Shown: positions 39,066 to 50,499, counted from the first letter of the stretch. The stretch is DNA of 64,000 bases from Zetaproteobacteria bacterium (GCA_002746295.2 NVWS02000073.1:12953-76952); one strand, 5' to 3'. The notes: generated by a model from the letters alone, not told the origin. Made by a program: numbers and translations.

Positions 39066-40256
39066 ATGGCAAAGGAAAAGTTTGAACGTACCAAGCCGCA
39101 TGTAAACATTGGTACCATTGGTCATGTGGATCATGGTAAAACCACGTTAACAGCTGCGATTACTAAGGTTTTGTCTTTAACAGGCGGCGCTGAGTTTAAA
39201 GACTATGCTGATATTGATGGTGCTCCAGAAGAGCGCGAACGCGGCATTACCATTGCAACGGCTCACGTTGAATATGAAACTGAAGCGCGTCATTATGCTC
39301 ATGTGGATTGCCCTGGGCATGCCGATTATGTGAAAAACATGATTACAGGTGCGGCACAAATGGATGGCGGTATTTTGGTTGTTTCTGCTGCGGATGGTCC
39401 AATGCCTCAAACCCGTGAACACGTTCTTCTTGCCCGTCAGGTCAATGTTCCTCATTTGGTTGTTTATTTGAACAAAGCCGACATGGTGGATGATGAAGAA
39501 TTGTTGGAATTGGTTGAAATGGAAGTGCGTGAATTGTTAGATATTTATGACTTTCCTGGTGATGACACGCCAGTGATTATTGGTTCTGCATTGAAAGCCT
39601 TGGAAGGCGATCAATCTGAGATTGGTGAAGCGTCTATTCATCGTTTGATGAAAGCAGTTGATGAGTTTATTCCAACGCCTGAACGTGCGATCAATAAAGA
39701 TTTCTTGATGCCGATTGAAGATGTGTTCTCTATTTCAGGTCGCGGTACTGTGGTCACAGGTCGTGTTGAAGCAGGCATCCTTAATGTCGGTGATGATGTT
39801 GAAATCGTGGGTATTCGTGATACACAAGTAACGACATGTACGGGCGTTGAAATGTTCCGTAAGTTGCTCGATCGTGGCGAAGCTGGCGATAACATTGGCG
39901 CATTGATTCGTGGTTTGAAACGTGAAGATGTTGAGCGTGGTCAAGTATTGGCTAAGCCTGGCTCGATTCACCCGCACACCAAGTTTAAAGCAGAAGCTTA
40001 TATTTTGACCAAAGAAGAAGGTGGTCGTCATACCCCGTTTTTCAACGGTTATCGTCCTCAGTTTTATTTCCGTACCACGGATGTAACAGGATCTGTAACC
40101 TTACCAGAAGGCACCGAAATGGTGATGCCTGGTGATAACATCTCTATGGATGTTGAATTGATTACTCCGATCGCAATGGATAAGGAATTACGTTTCGCCA
40201 TTCGTGAAGGTGGTCGTACGGTCGGCGCTGGCGTCGTTACCGAAATTAGCGAGTAA
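39066..40256 (+). CDS. tuf: elongation factor Tu
   Basis: 396 aa. [23 protein letters not shown]-terminal [13 protein letters not shown]. Confidence 0.98.
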   Translation: MAKEKFERTKPHVNIGTIGHVDHGKTTLTAAITKVLSLTGGAEFKDYADIDGAPEERERGITIATAHVEYETEARHYAHVDCPGHADYVKNMITGAAQMDGGILVVSAADGPMPQTREHVLLARQVNVPHLVVYLNKADMVDDEELLELVEMEVRELLDIYDFPGDDTPVIIGSALKALEGDQSEIGEASIHRLMKAVDEFIPTPERAINKDFLMPIEDVFSISGRGTVVTGRVEAGILNVGDDVEIVGIRDTQVTTCTGVEMFRKLLDRGEAGDNIGALIRGLKREDVERGQVLAKPGSIHPHTKFKAEAYILTKEEGGRHTPFFNGYRPQFYFRTTDVTGSVTLPEGTEMVMPGDNISMDVELITPIAMDKELRFAIREGGRTVGAGVVTEISE

Positions 40257-40268
40257 GGAGAGCAATCA

Positions 40269-40577
40269 GTGGCAGCTCAAAGTATCCGAATTCGCCTGAA
40301 GGCTTTTGATCATCGTATCCTCGACAAGAGTGCCGAAGATATTGTTGCAACAGCAAAGCGTACTGGCGCGGAAGTACGTGGTCCGATTCCCATTCCGACC
40401 CGTATCCGTAAATTTTGTGTGATTCGTTCACCACATAAGTACAAATCATCTCGTGAGCAGTTTGAGATTCGTACACATAAACGTTTGTTAGATATTGACA
40501 AGCCAACACCACAGACAGTTGATGCTTTGATGAAGCTTAACTTGCCTTCTGGCGTTGATGTCGAAATCAAGCTTTAA
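40269..40577 (+). CDS. rpsJ: 30S ribosomal protein S10
   Basis: 102 aa with a GTG start. [14 protein letters not shown]...[14 protein letters not shown]. Confidence 0.97.
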   Translation: MAAQSIRIRLKAFDHRILDKSAEDIVATAKRTGAEVRGPIPIPTRIRKFCVIRSPHKYKSSREQFEIRTHKRLLDIDKPTPQTVDALMKLNLPSGVDVEIKL

Positions 40578-40589
40578 CGGGAGGTTATC

Positions 40590-41219
40590 ATGAGTGGATT
40601 GATTGCCCGTAAGGCGGGTATGACGCAAATTTTTGATGAGAATGGTTCAGCCATTCCTGTCACAGTGTTAAATGTTGAGACATGCAAGGTTATTGCACGT
40701 CGTACATCTGAAAAAGATGGTTACGATGCGATTCAAGTGGGTTACGGATCAGCTAAGAAGGGTGAGAGTCGTGCCATTCAAGGTCATTTTGCCAAGCAAG
40801 GTCAAGAGGTTATGGGTTCTTTAAAAGAATTTAGAATTGCTTCCGATGCTTCTTATGAGCTGGGGCAAGATTTGACGGCAGCGATATTTAAAAGTGGTCA
40901 GAAAATTGATGTTGCAGGCGTATCAAAGGGTCATGGTTTCGCTGGTGTGATGAAACGTTATGACTTTGCAGGTGGTCGTGCCACCCATGGTGCAGAAAAA
41001 GTGCATCGTCAAATGGGTTCAACAGGTCAATGTCAGTGGCCAGGTCGTGTTTTTCCAGGTAAGAAAATGCCAGGTCATTACGGAGCTGCACGCGCAACTG
41101 TACAAAACCTAGAAATCGTTCGTATTGATGAAGAAGCTAATCGTATTTTGGTGAAAGGCGCAGTGCCTGGTGCTAAAAATGGTTTGCTTGAGCTTCGTCC
41201 TGCGGTAAAGGGAGCTTAA
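40590..41219 (+). CDS. rplC: 50S ribosomal protein L3
   Basis: 209 aa. GLIARKAGMTQIF...SKGHGFAGVMKRYDF. Confidence 0.97.
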   Translation: MSGLIARKAGMTQIFDENGSAIPVTVLNVETCKVIARRTSEKDGYDAIQVGYGSAKKGESRAIQGHFAKQGQEVMGSLKEFRIASDASYELGQDLTAAIFKSGQKIDVAGVSKGHGFAGVMKRYDFAGGRATHGAEKVHRQMGSTGQCQWPGRVFPGKKMPGHYGAARATVQNLEIVRIDEEANRILVKGAVPGAKNGLLELRPAVKGA

Positions 41220-41220
41220 G

Positions 41221-41844
41221 ATGGCAGAGATCAATATTGTTGATCAGGCCAACAACGTGGTTGGAACGCGTGAATTGAGCGCGGATATTTTTGATGTAAA
41301 AGTGAATGCAGGCTTTGTTCATCGTGTGTATACAGCTTTGGCGAGTGCGCAGCGTGCAGGAACAAGTGCATCTAAAACTGTGGCGATGGTTTCAGGCGGC
41401 GGTAAGAAGCCGTTTAAGCAAAAAGGTACGGGGCGTGCGCGTCAAGGTACAACACGTGCTGCGCAAATGCGTCATGGTGGCGTGGCTCATGGCCCCAATG
41501 CAAACACTACATTTACAACACGTATCAACCGTAAGGAACGTCGTGCAGCATTGCATATGGTTTTGAGTAACGCTGTACGTGAGGGTCGCATCGTTATTCT
41601 GAATAAATTGGAACTTCCTGAAGTAAAAACGAAAGGCTTTGTTTCAATTTCAAAAGCTCTTTCTGTGACTTCTGGCTTGTATGTTTTGGGTGCGCCAAAT
41701 CAGGATGTTGAGCTTTCAGCTCGTAATATTCCGCATACGAAAGTGGTCTTGGATGCGCAAATTACGATTCATGATTTGTTGAAATTTGATTGTATTGTTT
41801 TAACGGAAGATGCCTTGAATAAAATTGAAGGAGGCTTGGTATGA
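41221..41844 (+). CDS. rplD: 50S ribosomal protein L4
   Basis: 207 aa. GGGKKPFKQKGTGRARQGT. Confidence 0.97.
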   Translation: MAEINIVDQANNVVGTRELSADIFDVKVNAGFVHRVYTALASAQRAGTSASKTVAMVSGGGKKPFKQKGTGRARQGTTRAAQMRHGGVAHGPNANTTFTTRINRKERRAALHMVLSNAVREGRIVILNKLELPEVKTKGFVSISKALSVTSGLYVLGAPNQDVELSARNIPHTKVVLDAQITIHDLLKFDCIVLTEDALNKIEGGLV

Positions 41845-42140
41845 GTGCAACATATAAAAATATGAATACACTGCGCCAGCCTGTGATTACTGAAAAGAGC
41901 TTTGTTGCTCGTAGTGATTCCAATCAATATATTTTTCGTATTGCACGTGATGCAAGCAAGCATGATGTAAAAGCTGCTGTGCAGGCTATTTTTGAAGTGA
42001 ATGTTGAAAAAGTTCAGGTGATTAATGTTCCAGGTAAGGAAAAACGCCGTGGTGCGCATGTGGGACGTCGACCTGGATACCGTAAGGCCGTTGTTCGTTT
42101 GGTTGAAGGCCAGTCCATTGACCCTGAAGAAGAGGCATAA
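41841..42140 (+). CDS. rplW: 50S ribosomal protein L23
   Basis: 99 aa. LRQPVITEKS...KHDVKAAVQAIFEV. 4-nt overlap with rplD. Confidence 0.96.
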   Translation: MSATYKNMNTLRQPVITEKSFVARSDSNQYIFRIARDASKHDVKAAVQAIFEVNVEKVQVINVPGKEKRRGAHVGRRPGYRKAVVRLVEGQSIDPEEEA

Positions 42141-42143
42141 GTC

Positions 42144-42974
42144 ATGGCATTAAAATCATTAAAACCAACGAGTAATGGTAACCGTGGTCGCATTGGTATC
42201 GTCAATGGAGAGCTTTACAAGGGTAGACCTGAATCAAGTTTGACCCAAGGCTTGACCAAAAGCGGCGGTCGTAACAACAATGGTCGTATCACTTCTCACC
42301 ATCGTGGTGGTGGTCACAAGCGTTTATATCGTATGATTGATTTTAAACGTGACAATCACGGCGTAGAAGGTAAGGTGTCGCGCATTGAGTATGATCCTAA
42401 CCGTACAGCAAATATTGCTTTGGTTGTTTTCTCGAATGGTGACAAACGTTATATCTTAGCGCCACAGGGCTTGCGTCCTGGGGATGTTGTGATGTCTGGT
42501 CTGGGTTCTGAAATTCGACCTGGCAATGCACTGCCTTTGAGTTCAATTCGTGTGGGTACAATGCTGCACAATATCGAAATGAAGCCGGGTAAAGGCGCGC
42601 AGATTGGTCGTAGTGCAGGCACCGCTGTTCAATTGATGGGTAAAGAGGGTAGTAAAGCTATTCTTAAGCTTCCGTCAGGCGAGTTTCGTCGTGTGGACAT
42701 TCGTTGCATGGCAAGTATTGGTGTTGTTGGGAATTCGGATCACTCGAATCAAAAAGTTGGTAAAGCTGGTCGCTCTCGCTGGCTGGGCGTTCGTCCCAAT
42801 GTTCGTGGTGTTGCCATGAACCCTGTGGATCATCCGCATGGTGGTGGTGAAGGTCGTACTGCGGGTGGTCGTCACCCCGTAACCCCTTGGGGTGTGCCGA
42901 CGAAGGGTCATAAGACTCGTCAGAAGAACAAGGCTTCGAGTCGTGATATTATTCGTCGCCGTAATCAGAAGTGA
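42144..42974 (+). CDS. rplB: 50S ribosomal protein L2
   Basis: 276 aa. [19 protein letters not shown]...[13 protein letters not shown]. Confidence 0.98.
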   Translation: MALKSLKPTSNGNRGRIGIVNGELYKGRPESSLTQGLTKSGGRNNNGRITSHHRGGGHKRLYRMIDFKRDNHGVEGKVSRIEYDPNRTANIALVVFSNGDKRYILAPQGLRPGDVVMSGLGSEIRPGNALPLSSIRVGTMLHNIEMKPGKGAQIGRSAGTAVQLMGKEGSKAILKLPSGEFRRVDIRCMASIGVVGNSDHSNQKVGKAGRSRWLGVRPNVRGVAMNPVDHPHGGGEGRTAGGRHPVTPWGVPTKGHKTRQKNKASSRDIIRRRNQK

Positions 42975-42982
42975 GGTAGGAC

Positions 42983-43261
42983 ATGGCGCGTTCCTTAAAA
43001 AAAGGTCCATACATTGAAGGCTCTTTGCAGAAGAAAGTAAATTCTGCTCACGCCAGTGAGAAAAAAAGTGTGATTAAAACATGGTCTCGTCGATCAACTA
43101 TCGCACCTGATTTTGTGGGTTTGAATTTTGCTGTGCATAATGGCAATAAATTTATTCCTGTATTTGTTACTGAAAATATGGTTGGGCATAAGCTTGGTGA
43201 GTTTTCGCCGACCCGTACTTTTTATGGTCATGGTGCGGATAAAAAGGCTCGGAAGAGGTAG
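42983..43261 (+). CDS. rpsS: 30S ribosomal protein S19
   Basis: 92 aa. [10 protein letters not shown]...[24 protein letters not shown]. Confidence 0.98.
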   Translation: MARSLKKGPYIEGSLQKKVNSAHASEKKSVIKTWSRRSTIAPDFVGLNFAVHNGNKFIPVFVTENMVGHKLGEFSPTRTFYGHGADKKARKR

Positions 43262-43266
43262 ATGGA

Positions 43267-43608
43267 ATGAGCGAAGAAGTACGCGCGTTGCATAAAGATG
43301 CGCAAATTAGTGCCCAGAAGGCACGTTTGATGGCAGATGCTATTCGAGGCTTGAATGTCGACCGTGCATTGGCTGTGTTAATGTTATCACCCAAGAAGGC
43401 AGCACGTCTTTTTGAGAAGATTTTAAAGTCAGCTGTTGCAAATGCAGAGCAAAATAATGGTCTAGATGTGGATTCTTTATATGTATCAACATCTAAGGTT
43501 GATGAAGGCGTAACGTTGAAACGCTTTCGTCCAAAAGGCATGGGCCGTATGCGTAAGCGCTTTCATCGTCGTAGTCACATTACCGTGGCTGTGGCTGAAC
43601 GCGGATAA
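43267..43608 (+). CDS. rplV: 50S ribosomal protein L22
   Basis: 113 aa. ISAQKARLMADAIRG...KRFRPKGMGRMRKRFHRRSHI. Confidence 0.97.
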   Translation: MSEEVRALHKDAQISAQKARLMADAIRGLNVDRALAVLMLSPKKAARLFEKILKSAVANAEQNNGLDVDSLYVSTSKVDEGVTLKRFRPKGMGRMRKRFHRRSHITVAVAERG

Positions 43609-43620
43609 AGGGGTTTACTG

Positions 43621-44268
43621 ATGGGACAAAAAGTTAATCCGATTGGTTTCCGTGTTGGTGTGACACGTGGCTGGGAATCAGTTTGGTATGCAGATAAGAA
43701 TTTTGGCGAGCAATTACGTGAAGATATTCGTATCCGCCAATTTATTAAAGCACGTTTAAAGCATGCACACGTATCACGTATCTTTATTGAACGTCCTGCT
43801 GGAAAAATAAAAGTTACACTGCATACTGCGCGCCCTGGTGTTGTTATTGGCAAGAAGGGTTCTGAAATTGATGCCCTTCGCCGAAGTTTGTTTGCCCAGT
43901 TTGGGCAAGAAGTTCAGGTGTATATCGTTGAAGTTCGTCGTGCTGAAGCAGAAGCTCAATTGGTGGCTGAAAATATTGCCATGCAACTTGAGCGTCGTGT
44001 TGCTTTTCGTCGTGCGATGAAACGCGCAGTCCAAGGCGCTATGCGCATGGGTGCTAAAGGTGTGCGTATTAACTGTGCTGGTCGTTTGGGCGGAGCTGAT
44101 ATTGCACGCATGGAGTGGTATCGTGAAGGTCGTGTGCCTTTGCATACATTGCGTGCAGATATTGATTATGGTTTTACTGAAGCTAAAACCACATATGGAA
44201 TTATTGGCGTGAAAGTTTGGGTATTTAACGGCGAAAAGCTGGGTAATACTGAAGCTAAGAACGTATAA
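43621..44268 (+). CDS. rpsC: 30S ribosomal protein S3
   Basis: 215 aa. [13 protein letters not shown]...[10 protein letters not shown]. Confidence 0.98.
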   Translation: MGQKVNPIGFRVGVTRGWESVWYADKNFGEQLREDIRIRQFIKARLKHAHVSRIFIERPAGKIKVTLHTARPGVVIGKKGSEIDALRRSLFAQFGQEVQVYIVEVRRAEAEAQLVAENIAMQLERRVAFRRAMKRAVQGAMRMGAKGVRINCAGRLGGADIARMEWYREGRVPLHTLRADIDYGFTEAKTTYGIIGVKVWVFNGEKLGNTEAKNV

Positions 44269-44283
44269 CGGAGTTTATGAGTT

Positions 44284-44706
44284 ATGTTGCAACCGAAAAA
44301 GATTCGTTGGCGCAAGCATCATAAAGAACTTCAGCGTATTCGCGGTAAAGCGACGCGTGGCTCATCTTTGAATTTTGGTGATATTGGCTTGAAAGCGATG
44401 GAACCTGGACGTATTACTGCGCGTCAAATTGAAGCAGCCCGTATCACAATGACCCGCCATATCCGTCGCCAAGGTCGTGTTTGGATTCGCATGTTTCCAG
44501 ATTTGCCAGTGACGAATAAGCCCGCTGAAGTTCGTATGGGTAAAGGTAAAGGTTCTCCAGAGTACTGGGTAGCTGCAGTGCGCGCTGGTCGTATTTTGTA
44601 TGAAATGAATGGTGTTGATGAAACCGTTGCACGTGAAGCATTTGAACGTGCAGCTTCGAAATTGCCCATCCGAACCAAGATTGTTAAGCGTGGAGTAGGA
44701 CGATGA
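44284..44706 (+). CDS. rplP: 50S ribosomal protein L16
   Basis: 140 aa. [11 protein letters not shown]...[14 protein letters not shown]. Confidence 0.98.
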   Translation: MLQPKKIRWRKHHKELQRIRGKATRGSSLNFGDIGLKAMEPGRITARQIEAARITMTRHIRRQGRVWIRMFPDLPVTNKPAEVRMGKGKGSPEYWVAAVRAGRILYEMNGVDETVAREAFERAASKLPIRTKIVKRGVGR

Positions 44707-44885
44707 GTAGTGTTGAGCTTCGTGAAATGAATGACTCAGATTTAAAGGGTCGCATGGAAGACTTGGCAGCCGAGCATATGAAGTTGCGTTTTCAAAAAGC
44801 AACCATGCAATTGACAAACTCTGCCCGTATTCGCCAAGTGCGTAGAGACATTGCACGTATCAAGACTGTTTTGGCTTCGCGTTAA
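44703..44885 (+). CDS. rpmC: 50S ribosomal protein L29
   Basis: 60 aa. [16 protein letters not shown]...RRDIARIKT. 4-nt overlap with rplP. Confidence 0.95.
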   Translation: MSSVELREMNDSDLKGRMEDLAAEHMKLRFQKATMQLTNSARIRQVRRDIARIKTVLASR

Positions 44886-44900
44886 GGGGAACGAATAGAT

Positions 44901-45167
44901 ATGTCGGAAGTAAAAAGTAATAAGCGTACCTTGCAAGGTGTGGTAGTAAGTAATAAAGGCGATAAGACTGTTGTTGTTCAAGTAGAACGTGCTTTTTTAC
45001 ACCCCCGTTATCGTAAGACGATGCGCTCACATAAAAAGTACATGGCGCATGATGCAGAAAACACCTGTAATATTGGTGATATTGTTCGCATCGTTGAGAC
45101 TCGCCCAATTTCTAAGCGTAAATGCTGGATGATGGAAGAAGTTTTACGCCGTACTGAACAGCTGTAG
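44901..45167 (+). CDS. rpsQ: 30S ribosomal protein S17
   Basis: 88 aa. [18 protein letters not shown]...HPRYRK...[15 protein letters not shown]. Confidence 0.97.
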   Translation: MSEVKSNKRTLQGVVVSNKGDKTVVVQVERAFLHPRYRKTMRSHKKYMAHDAENTCNIGDIVRIVETRPISKRKCWMMEEVLRRTEQL

Positions 45168-45179
45168 GCGGGGTTATTC

Positions 45180-45548
45180 ATGATTCAAACTGAAACAGTA
45201 TTAAATGTTGCTGATAACTCAGGTGCACGTCGTATTAAATGCATCAAGGTTCTTGGTGGTTCGAAACGCCGTTATGCTCGTGTGGGCGATGTGATTGTCG
45301 TTGCCGTGCAAGAAGCTGCACCAGGTGGTAAAGTAAAGAAAGGCGAGGTTCAACAAGCTGTTGTTGTGCGTACTGCCAAAGAATTTCGTCGTCAAGATGG
45401 TAGTTCGATTCGTTTTGATGAAAACGCAGCCGTTCTGTTGTCAAAGCAAGGTGAACCCATGGGCACACGTATTTTTGGACCAGTTACTCGCGAATTGCGT
45501 AACAAGGGTTATATGAAGATTATTTCCCTAGCTCCAGAAGTACTGTAG
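45180..45548 (+). CDS. rplN: 50S ribosomal protein L14
   Basis: 122 aa. [17 protein letters not shown]...IRFDENA. Confidence 0.98.
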   Translation: MIQTETVLNVADNSGARRIKCIKVLGGSKRRYARVGDVIVVAVQEAAPGGKVKKGEVQQAVVVRTAKEFRRQDGSSIRFDENAAVLLSKQGEPMGTRIFGPVTRELRNKGYMKIISLAPEVL

Positions 45549-45566
45549 TTAGGAGACGAGGAAGAT

Positions 45567-45896
45567 ATGTCGACTAAAATAAAAGCTCGTATCCACCGTG
45601 ATGATGAAGTATTGGTGATTGCAGGGCGTGATAAGGGCGCACGTGGAAAAGTAGTGCGTGTCAACCCTTTAGAATCAAACGTTATTGTTGCAAAAGTGAA
45701 TATGATTAAACGTCATACCCGTCAAACTCAGCAGTCAAGTGGTGGCATTATTGAGAAGGAAGCACCTATTTCTATCTCTAATGTTCAGTTTTTCTGCCCG
45801 AATTGCAAGACAGGTGTCCGTTTGGGAATGAAGAACTTGGAAGATGGACAAAAGGTTCGTAGCTGCCGCAAATGCGGTGAAGTTTTGGATCGGTAG
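45567..45896 (+). CDS. rplX: 50S ribosomal protein L24 (C-terminal CxxC...CxxC variant)
   Basis: 109 aa. KOW motif DDEVLVIAGRDKGARGKV. The C-terminus reads FFCPNCKTGVRLGMKNLEDGQKVRSCRKCGEVL. Confidence 0.96.
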   Translation: MSTKIKARIHRDDEVLVIAGRDKGARGKVVRVNPLESNVIVAKVNMIKRHTRQTQQSSGGIIEKEAPISISNVQFFCPNCKTGVRLGMKNLEDGQKVRSCRKCGEVLDR

Positions 45897-45907
45897 GAGT
45901 ATAGGTG

Positions 45908-46450
45908 ATGGCTCGTCTTAGAGAAGACTATAAATCACGCGTGGCACCCGCTCTTAGAGAGCAATTTGGATATAAAAATCCAATGCAGGTTCCATCCGTA
46001 ACAAAAATTGTTGTCAATATGGGTGTGGGTGAAGCTGCGACCAATGCGAAATTGATGGAAGGTGCGTTGTCGGATATGACTGCGATTACTGGTCAAAAGC
46101 CAGTGACAACTCGTGCACGCAAATCAATTTCAAACTTTAAGCTTCGCGATGGTATGCCAGTAGGTTGCCGTGTCACCTTGCGTGGCGAACAAATGTGGGA
46201 ATTCCTTGATCGTTTGATCAATGTAACCTTGCCACGTATTCGCGACTTTCAGGGTGTTTCTCCTAAATCATTTGATGGCCGTGGTAACTATACCTTGGGA
46301 TTGAAAGAGCAAATTATTTTCCCAGAAATTGATTATGATAAAGTAGATAAAGTTCGCGGCATGGATATTACTATCTGTACCAGTGCGGATACCAATGACG
46401 AAGGACGCGCATTGTTGAAGCAATTCAACATGCCGTTCCGTAAGAAGTAA
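45908..46450 (+). CDS. rplE: 50S ribosomal protein L5
   Basis: [12 protein letters not shown]...NMGVGEA...RDFQG. ATG 45908 lies 8 nt after AGGAG. Confidence 0.97.
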   Translation: MARLREDYKSRVAPALREQFGYKNPMQVPSVTKIVVNMGVGEAATNAKLMEGALSDMTAITGQKPVTTRARKSISNFKLRDGMPVGCRVTLRGEQMWEFLDRLINVTLPRIRDFQGVSPKSFDGRGNYTLGLKEQIIFPEIDYDKVDKVRGMDITICTSADTNDEGRALLKQFNMPFRKK

Positions 46451-46459
46451 GGGGCAGGT

Positions 46460-46645
46460 ATGGCTACAAAAGCTCTGATTGCGAAATGTAATCGCAAACC
46501 AAAATTTAAAGTACGTGCTTATACACGTTGTCAGTTGTGTGGACGTCCACACTCTGTATATCGCAAATTCGGCATGTGCCGTATTTGTTTGCGTAAACAT
46601 GCCTCTGCGGGTGAAATCCCAGGCATGGTCAAATCCAGCTGGTAA
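46460..46645 (+). CDS. rpsN: 30S ribosomal protein S14, short zinc-ribbon type
   Basis: 61 aa. [22 protein letters not shown]. Confidence 0.96.
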   Translation: MATKALIAKCNRKPKFKVRAYTRCQLCGRPHSVYRKFGMCRICLRKHASAGEIPGMVKSSW

Positions 46646-46664
46646 GGCGATAGGAGATTCCATT

Positions 46665-47060
46665 ATGATGACAGATCGTATCGCTGATATGTTGACGCGT
46701 ATTCGTAACGCACAACATGTAGGCATTGAAAAAGTTGAACTTCCAGCAAGTAATATGTTGATTTCATTGGCAAATATTCTTCGTGATGAAGGTTATATTG
46801 CCAGTGCAAAGGCATATAACTTTAAAGGTCACCGTTATTTACGTTTAACATTGCGTTATGACGATGCTGGTGAAGCTGTGATTCGCGAGATTAAACGCGT
46901 GTCTAAGCCAGGTCGTCGTGTATATAGCAATGCTGATACCTTGCCACGTGTTCGCAATGGTTATGGTATTGCTGTTGTCAGTACTTCCAAAGGTATTATG
47001 ACAGACAAGAAGGCTCGTGCAGAACGCGTTGGTGGCGAAGTTCTTTGCACAGTATTTTAA
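46665..47060 (+). CDS. rpsH: 30S ribosomal protein S8
   Basis: ORF 46479..47060 overlaps rpsN. ATG 46665 lies 8 nt after AGGAG and gives MMTDRIADMLTRIRNA. Confidence 0.97.
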   Translation: MMTDRIADMLTRIRNAQHVGIEKVELPASNMLISLANILRDEGYIASAKAYNFKGHRYLRLTLRYDDAGEAVIREIKRVSKPGRRVYSNADTLPRVRNGYGIAVVSTSKGIMTDKKARAERVGGEVLCTVF

Positions 47061-47072
47061 GGTAGGTTTAAG

Positions 47073-47606
47073 ATGTCTCGAGTTGGTAAACAACCTATTG
47101 CCATTCCAAATGGTGTGGATGTAAAAATTAGTGAAGATTGTATCGTAATTAAGGGTGCTAAAGGTGAATTAAGCTCGCCTTTGTTTAAGGGATTAAGTGC
47201 TTCTTTTGACAATGCCATGCTACAAATTTCTTGCGAAGATGTTTCCAACAAGAAGTTGAATGGTAACTTTGGTTTGGCTCGCGCATTGGCTGCAAATAAT
47301 GTCGCAGGTGTGACCAAAGGTTTTGAGAAAGTATTGGAATTGCGTGGTGTGGGTTATAGAGCTCAAGCACAAGGTCAAAAATTGAACTTGTCTTTGGGTT
47401 TTTCACATCCTGTTGTTTATGATGTTCCTACTGGTGTTGATGCTAAGGTTGAAAAAAGCCTGATTACTATCAGTGGTATTGATAAACAGAAAGTTGGGCA
47501 GGTTGCCGCAGAAATTCGTGCTTACCGCCCACCTGAGCCTTACAAAGGTAAGGGCGTTCGTTATGTTGGCGAATATATCGCTATGAAAGAAGGTAAAAAG
47601 GCTTAA
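47073..47606 (+). CDS. rplF: 50S ribosomal protein L6
   Basis: 177 aa. MSRVGKQPIAIPNGV...RPPEPYKGKGVRY. Confidence 0.97.
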   Translation: MSRVGKQPIAIPNGVDVKISEDCIVIKGAKGELSSPLFKGLSASFDNAMLQISCEDVSNKKLNGNFGLARALAANNVAGVTKGFEKVLELRGVGYRAQAQGQKLNLSLGFSHPVVYDVPTGVDAKVEKSLITISGIDKQKVGQVAAEIRAYRPPEPYKGKGVRYVGEYIAMKEGKKA

Positions 47607-47636
47607 TGAGCCTTGCCAAGTTAGGAGATTAGTAGC

Positions 47637-47990
47637 ATGTCTGCAAAGCGCTATGAGAATAATGCTGCGATTCGTCGCTCACGTCGTGTTCGTTCACGTG
47701 TTAAAGCTTCCGGTCGTTTACGTTTGAGTGTTTTTCGCTCAGCCCGCCATATTTATGCACAAGTGATTGATGATACTAAGGGTGAAACCTTGGTATCAGC
47801 ATCAAGCTTGGATCAAGGCATCGAAAATGGTGGTAATGCACAAGGTGCGGAAAATGTTGGTAAGTTACTGGGTGAACGTGCTGTTGCTGCTGGTTTAAGC
47901 GTTGTGGCGTTTGACCGTGGTTCTTACCCATATCATGGACGTGTGAAAGCGTTGGCTGAAGGTGCTCGTTCATCTGGCTTGAAGTTCTAG
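47637..47990 (+). CDS. rplR: 50S ribosomal protein L18
   Basis: 117 aa. [17 protein letters not shown]...[20 protein letters not shown]. Confidence 0.97.
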   Translation: MSAKRYENNAAIRRSRRVRSRVKASGRLRLSVFRSARHIYAQVIDDTKGETLVSASSLDQGIENGGNAQGAENVGKLLGERAVAAGLSVVAFDRGSYPYHGRVKALAEGARSSGLKF

Positions 47991-47999
47991 GAGAATTTG

Positions 48000-48476
48000 A
48001 TGATTAACGCTGATGAATTAGAGTTAACAGAAAAACTTGTTGATATTAACCGTATCGCTAAAACTACCTCAGGTGGGCGCAGAATGAGTTTTTCTGCATT
48101 GATGGTTGTGGGTGATGGTGCTGGACATGTTGGTTTTGGTCATGCAAAGGCGAAGGAAGTGCCTGAGGCGATTCGTAAAGCCAATGATATTGCAAAAAAA
48201 TCAATGATTTATGTTCCATTGAAAGATGGTACATTGCATTATCAAGTCACTGGTCGCCAAGATGCTTCTCGTGTGATGCTTAAGCCTGCTAGTGAAGGTA
48301 CTGGCGTGATCGCTGGAGCTGCTGTACGTGCTGTTATGGAAGCTGCGGGTATTCGTGATGTATTGACCAAAAGTCAAGGTTCTCGTAATGCTGTCAACGT
48401 GATTCGTGCGACCTTTAATGGTTTGAAATCATTGGAAAGTCCTGAACAGATTGCAGCTCGTCGCGATAAATCTTGA
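48000..48476 (+). CDS. rpsE: 30S ribosomal protein S5
   Basis: [46 protein letters not shown] 48000 (the ORF track starts at TTG 47997). Confidence 0.97.
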   Translation: MINADELELTEKLVDINRIAKTTSGGRRMSFSALMVVGDGAGHVGFGHAKAKEVPEAIRKANDIAKKSMIYVPLKDGTLHYQVTGRQDASRVMLKPASEGTGVIAGAAVRAVMEAAGIRDVLTKSQGSRNAVNVIRATFNGLKSLESPEQIAARRDKS

Positions 48477-48507
48477 GATTCAGCATAAGATAAGAGGAGC
48501 TGTTTAA

Positions 48508-48699
48508 ATGTCTAAGAATAATGTAGTCCGTATCCGTCAAGTGAAAAGTGGTATTGGATACCCTAAAGACCAAAGAGCCACATTGGTGGGGCTTGGTTTT
48601 CGTCGCATGCATCAAGTTGTTGAGTTGGAAGATACAGCATCGATTCGCGGTATGATAAATAAAATCAACCATTTAATTGTGGTTGAGTCTGCGCAGTAA
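48508..48699 (+). CDS. rpmD: 50S ribosomal protein L30
   Basis: 63 aa. VRIRQVKSGIGYPKDQRATLVGLGFRRMHQ. Confidence 0.96.
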   Translation: MSKNNVVRIRQVKSGIGYPKDQRATLVGLGFRRMHQVVELEDTASIRGMINKINHLIVVESAQ

Positions 48700-48716
48700 G
48701 CGGAGGGAGAAAAGTT

Positions 48717-49163
48717 ATGAAGCTCAATACAATTCAAGCAAACTCCGGCTCTCGGAAGGATCGTCGCCGTGTTGGTTGTGGTATTGGTTCAGGTCATGGG
48801 AAGACTGCTGGACGTGGACATAAAGGCCAAAAATCACGTTCAGGTGGTAAAGTGATGCGTGGTTTTGAAGGCGGTCAAATGCCTTTGATTCGTCGCCTTC
48901 CAAAACGTGGTTTTACGCCATTGGCTAGAAAAACATATCAGTTGGTTAACCTTGAACAGTTAATAAACTTTGAAGCAAATACAGTGGTAGATGCCGCTGT
49001 TTTGTATGCAGCTGGTTTTATTCGCAATGCTGTTGATCCGATCAAATTGTTGGCGAGAGGAGAACTGTCTGTAAACTTGCAAGTTCATGTTGCAGCCTCT
49101 TCTCAGTCCGCTGTGAAGAAAATTGAAGCCGCAGGTGGCTCGGTTACCTTGGCAGAGGCATAA
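48717..49163 (+). CDS. rplO: 50S ribosomal protein L15
   Basis: 148 aa. GSGHGKTAGRGHKGQKSRSG...FEGGQMPL. Confidence 0.97.
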   Translation: MKLNTIQANSGSRKDRRRVGCGIGSGHGKTAGRGHKGQKSRSGGKVMRGFEGGQMPLIRRLPKRGFTPLARKTYQLVNLEQLINFEANTVVDAAVLYAAGFIRNAVDPIKLLARGELSVNLQVHVAASSQSAVKKIEAAGGSVTLAEA

Positions 49164-49166
49164 CTG

Positions 49167-50498
49167 ATGCAGCAAGCTCCTCAAATGGGTGGGCTAGGCA
49201 GTATTGGTCAAATTCCTGAGTTAAAGAATCGGATTTTATTTACACTGGGCATGCTAATCGTTTATCGATTGGGTGCTCATGTGCCTGTTCCTGGTATTGA
49301 TGCACATGTGTTGGCACAATTTTTCAATCAAGCCCAGGGAAGTTTGCTGGGTATGTTTGATATGTTTTCTGGCGGTGCGCTATCACGCTTAACTATTTTT
49401 GCTTTGGGTATTATGCCGTACATCTCCGCAGCAATTATTATACAGTTGATGACGGTGGTATCACCGAAGTTGGAACAGTTAAAAAAAGAAGGTGAGTCGG
49501 GTCGTCGTAAAATAACGCAATATACACGTTATGGGACGCTTTTTTTAGCGGTTTTTCAGGGTATTGGTATGTCCATTGGTTTGGAAACATTTTCAGTGAA
49601 TGGACAAGCTGTCGTGATTGATCCAGGTATGGATTTTCGTTTTATGACGGTGGTGACCTTGGTTACAGGTACTATGTTTTTGATGTGGTTGGGTGAACAA
49701 ATTACAGAACGTGGTATTGGTAATGGTATTTCACTCATTATATTTTCAGGTATTGTAGCAGGTCTTCCAGCTGCGATTGGTGGCACATTAGAGTTGGCAC
49801 GAACAGGTGAGTATTCTGCCTTTACAGTACTTGGCTTGTTTATTATGGCTGTAGCTGTGACAGCAGCAGTGGTTTGGTTTGAACGGGCGCAGCGTCGTAT
49901 TGCCATTCAGTATGCAAAACGTCAGGTCGGTAATAAAATGTTTGGTGGTCAGTCATCATTTTTGCCGTTGAAAGTGAATACTGCAGGTGTAATTCCGCCT
50001 ATTTTTGCATCGAGTTTGATTCTTTTACCGGCAACTTTTGCTCAGTTTACCAAGGGTGTTGATGGTTTTTCTTGGTTGTCGGATATTTCTGCCTTGTTAT
50101 CTCCAGGTGCTTGGTTGTATATGGCATTGTTTACGGGTTTGATTGTTTTCTTTTGTTTTTTTTACACGGCGATTGTTTTTAATCCCAAGGATACGGCAGA
50201 CAATCTGAAGAAAAATGGTGGGTTTATACCAGGTATTAAACCAGGTCAAAAAACAGCCGAATACATAGATAAGGTGTTGACTCGTATTACGGTGGTGGGT
50301 GCTGCCTACGTCACGGCGGTTTGTTTGCTACCCCAATGGTTGATTTCTGAATTGGGCGTGCCTTTTTACTTTGGTGGTACAAGTTTGCTGATTATTGTTG
50401 TGGTGAGCATGGATACCATGACCCAAATTCAATCTCATTTGATGTCGCATCAATATGAGGGTTTGATGAAGCAAGCACGTTTGAAAACAAGACGTTAA
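49167..50498 (+). CDS. secY: preprotein translocase subunit SecY
   Basis: 443 aa, 10-TM pattern. [32 protein letters not shown]. Confidence 0.98.
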   Translation: MQQAPQMGGLGSIGQIPELKNRILFTLGMLIVYRLGAHVPVPGIDAHVLAQFFNQAQGSLLGMFDMFSGGALSRLTIFALGIMPYISAAIIIQLMTVVSPKLEQLKKEGESGRRKITQYTRYGTLFLAVFQGIGMSIGLETFSVNGQAVVIDPGMDFRFMTVVTLVTGTMFLMWLGEQITERGIGNGISLIIFSGIVAGLPAAIGGTLELARTGEYSAFTVLGLFIMAVAVTAAVVWFERAQRRIAIQYAKRQVGNKMFGGQSSFLPLKVNTAGVIPPIFASSLILLPATFAQFTKGVDGFSWLSDISALLSPGAWLYMALFTGLIVFFCFFYTAIVFNPKDTADNLKKNGGFIPGIKPGQKTAEYIDKVLTRITVVGAAYVTAVCLLPQWLISELGVPFYFGGTSLLIIVVVSMDTMTQIQSHLMSHQYEGLMKQARLKTRR

Positions 50499-50499
50499 G

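Noticed and set aside
44362-44856. 164-aa minus-strand ORF
   Set aside because: It is antisense to rplP/rpmC and looks like a shadow ORF.
46479-46664. Long N-terminal extension of the S8 ORF
   Set aside because: It overlaps rpsN in another frame. S8 clearly starts at MMTDRIADML, with AGGAG 8 nt upstream.
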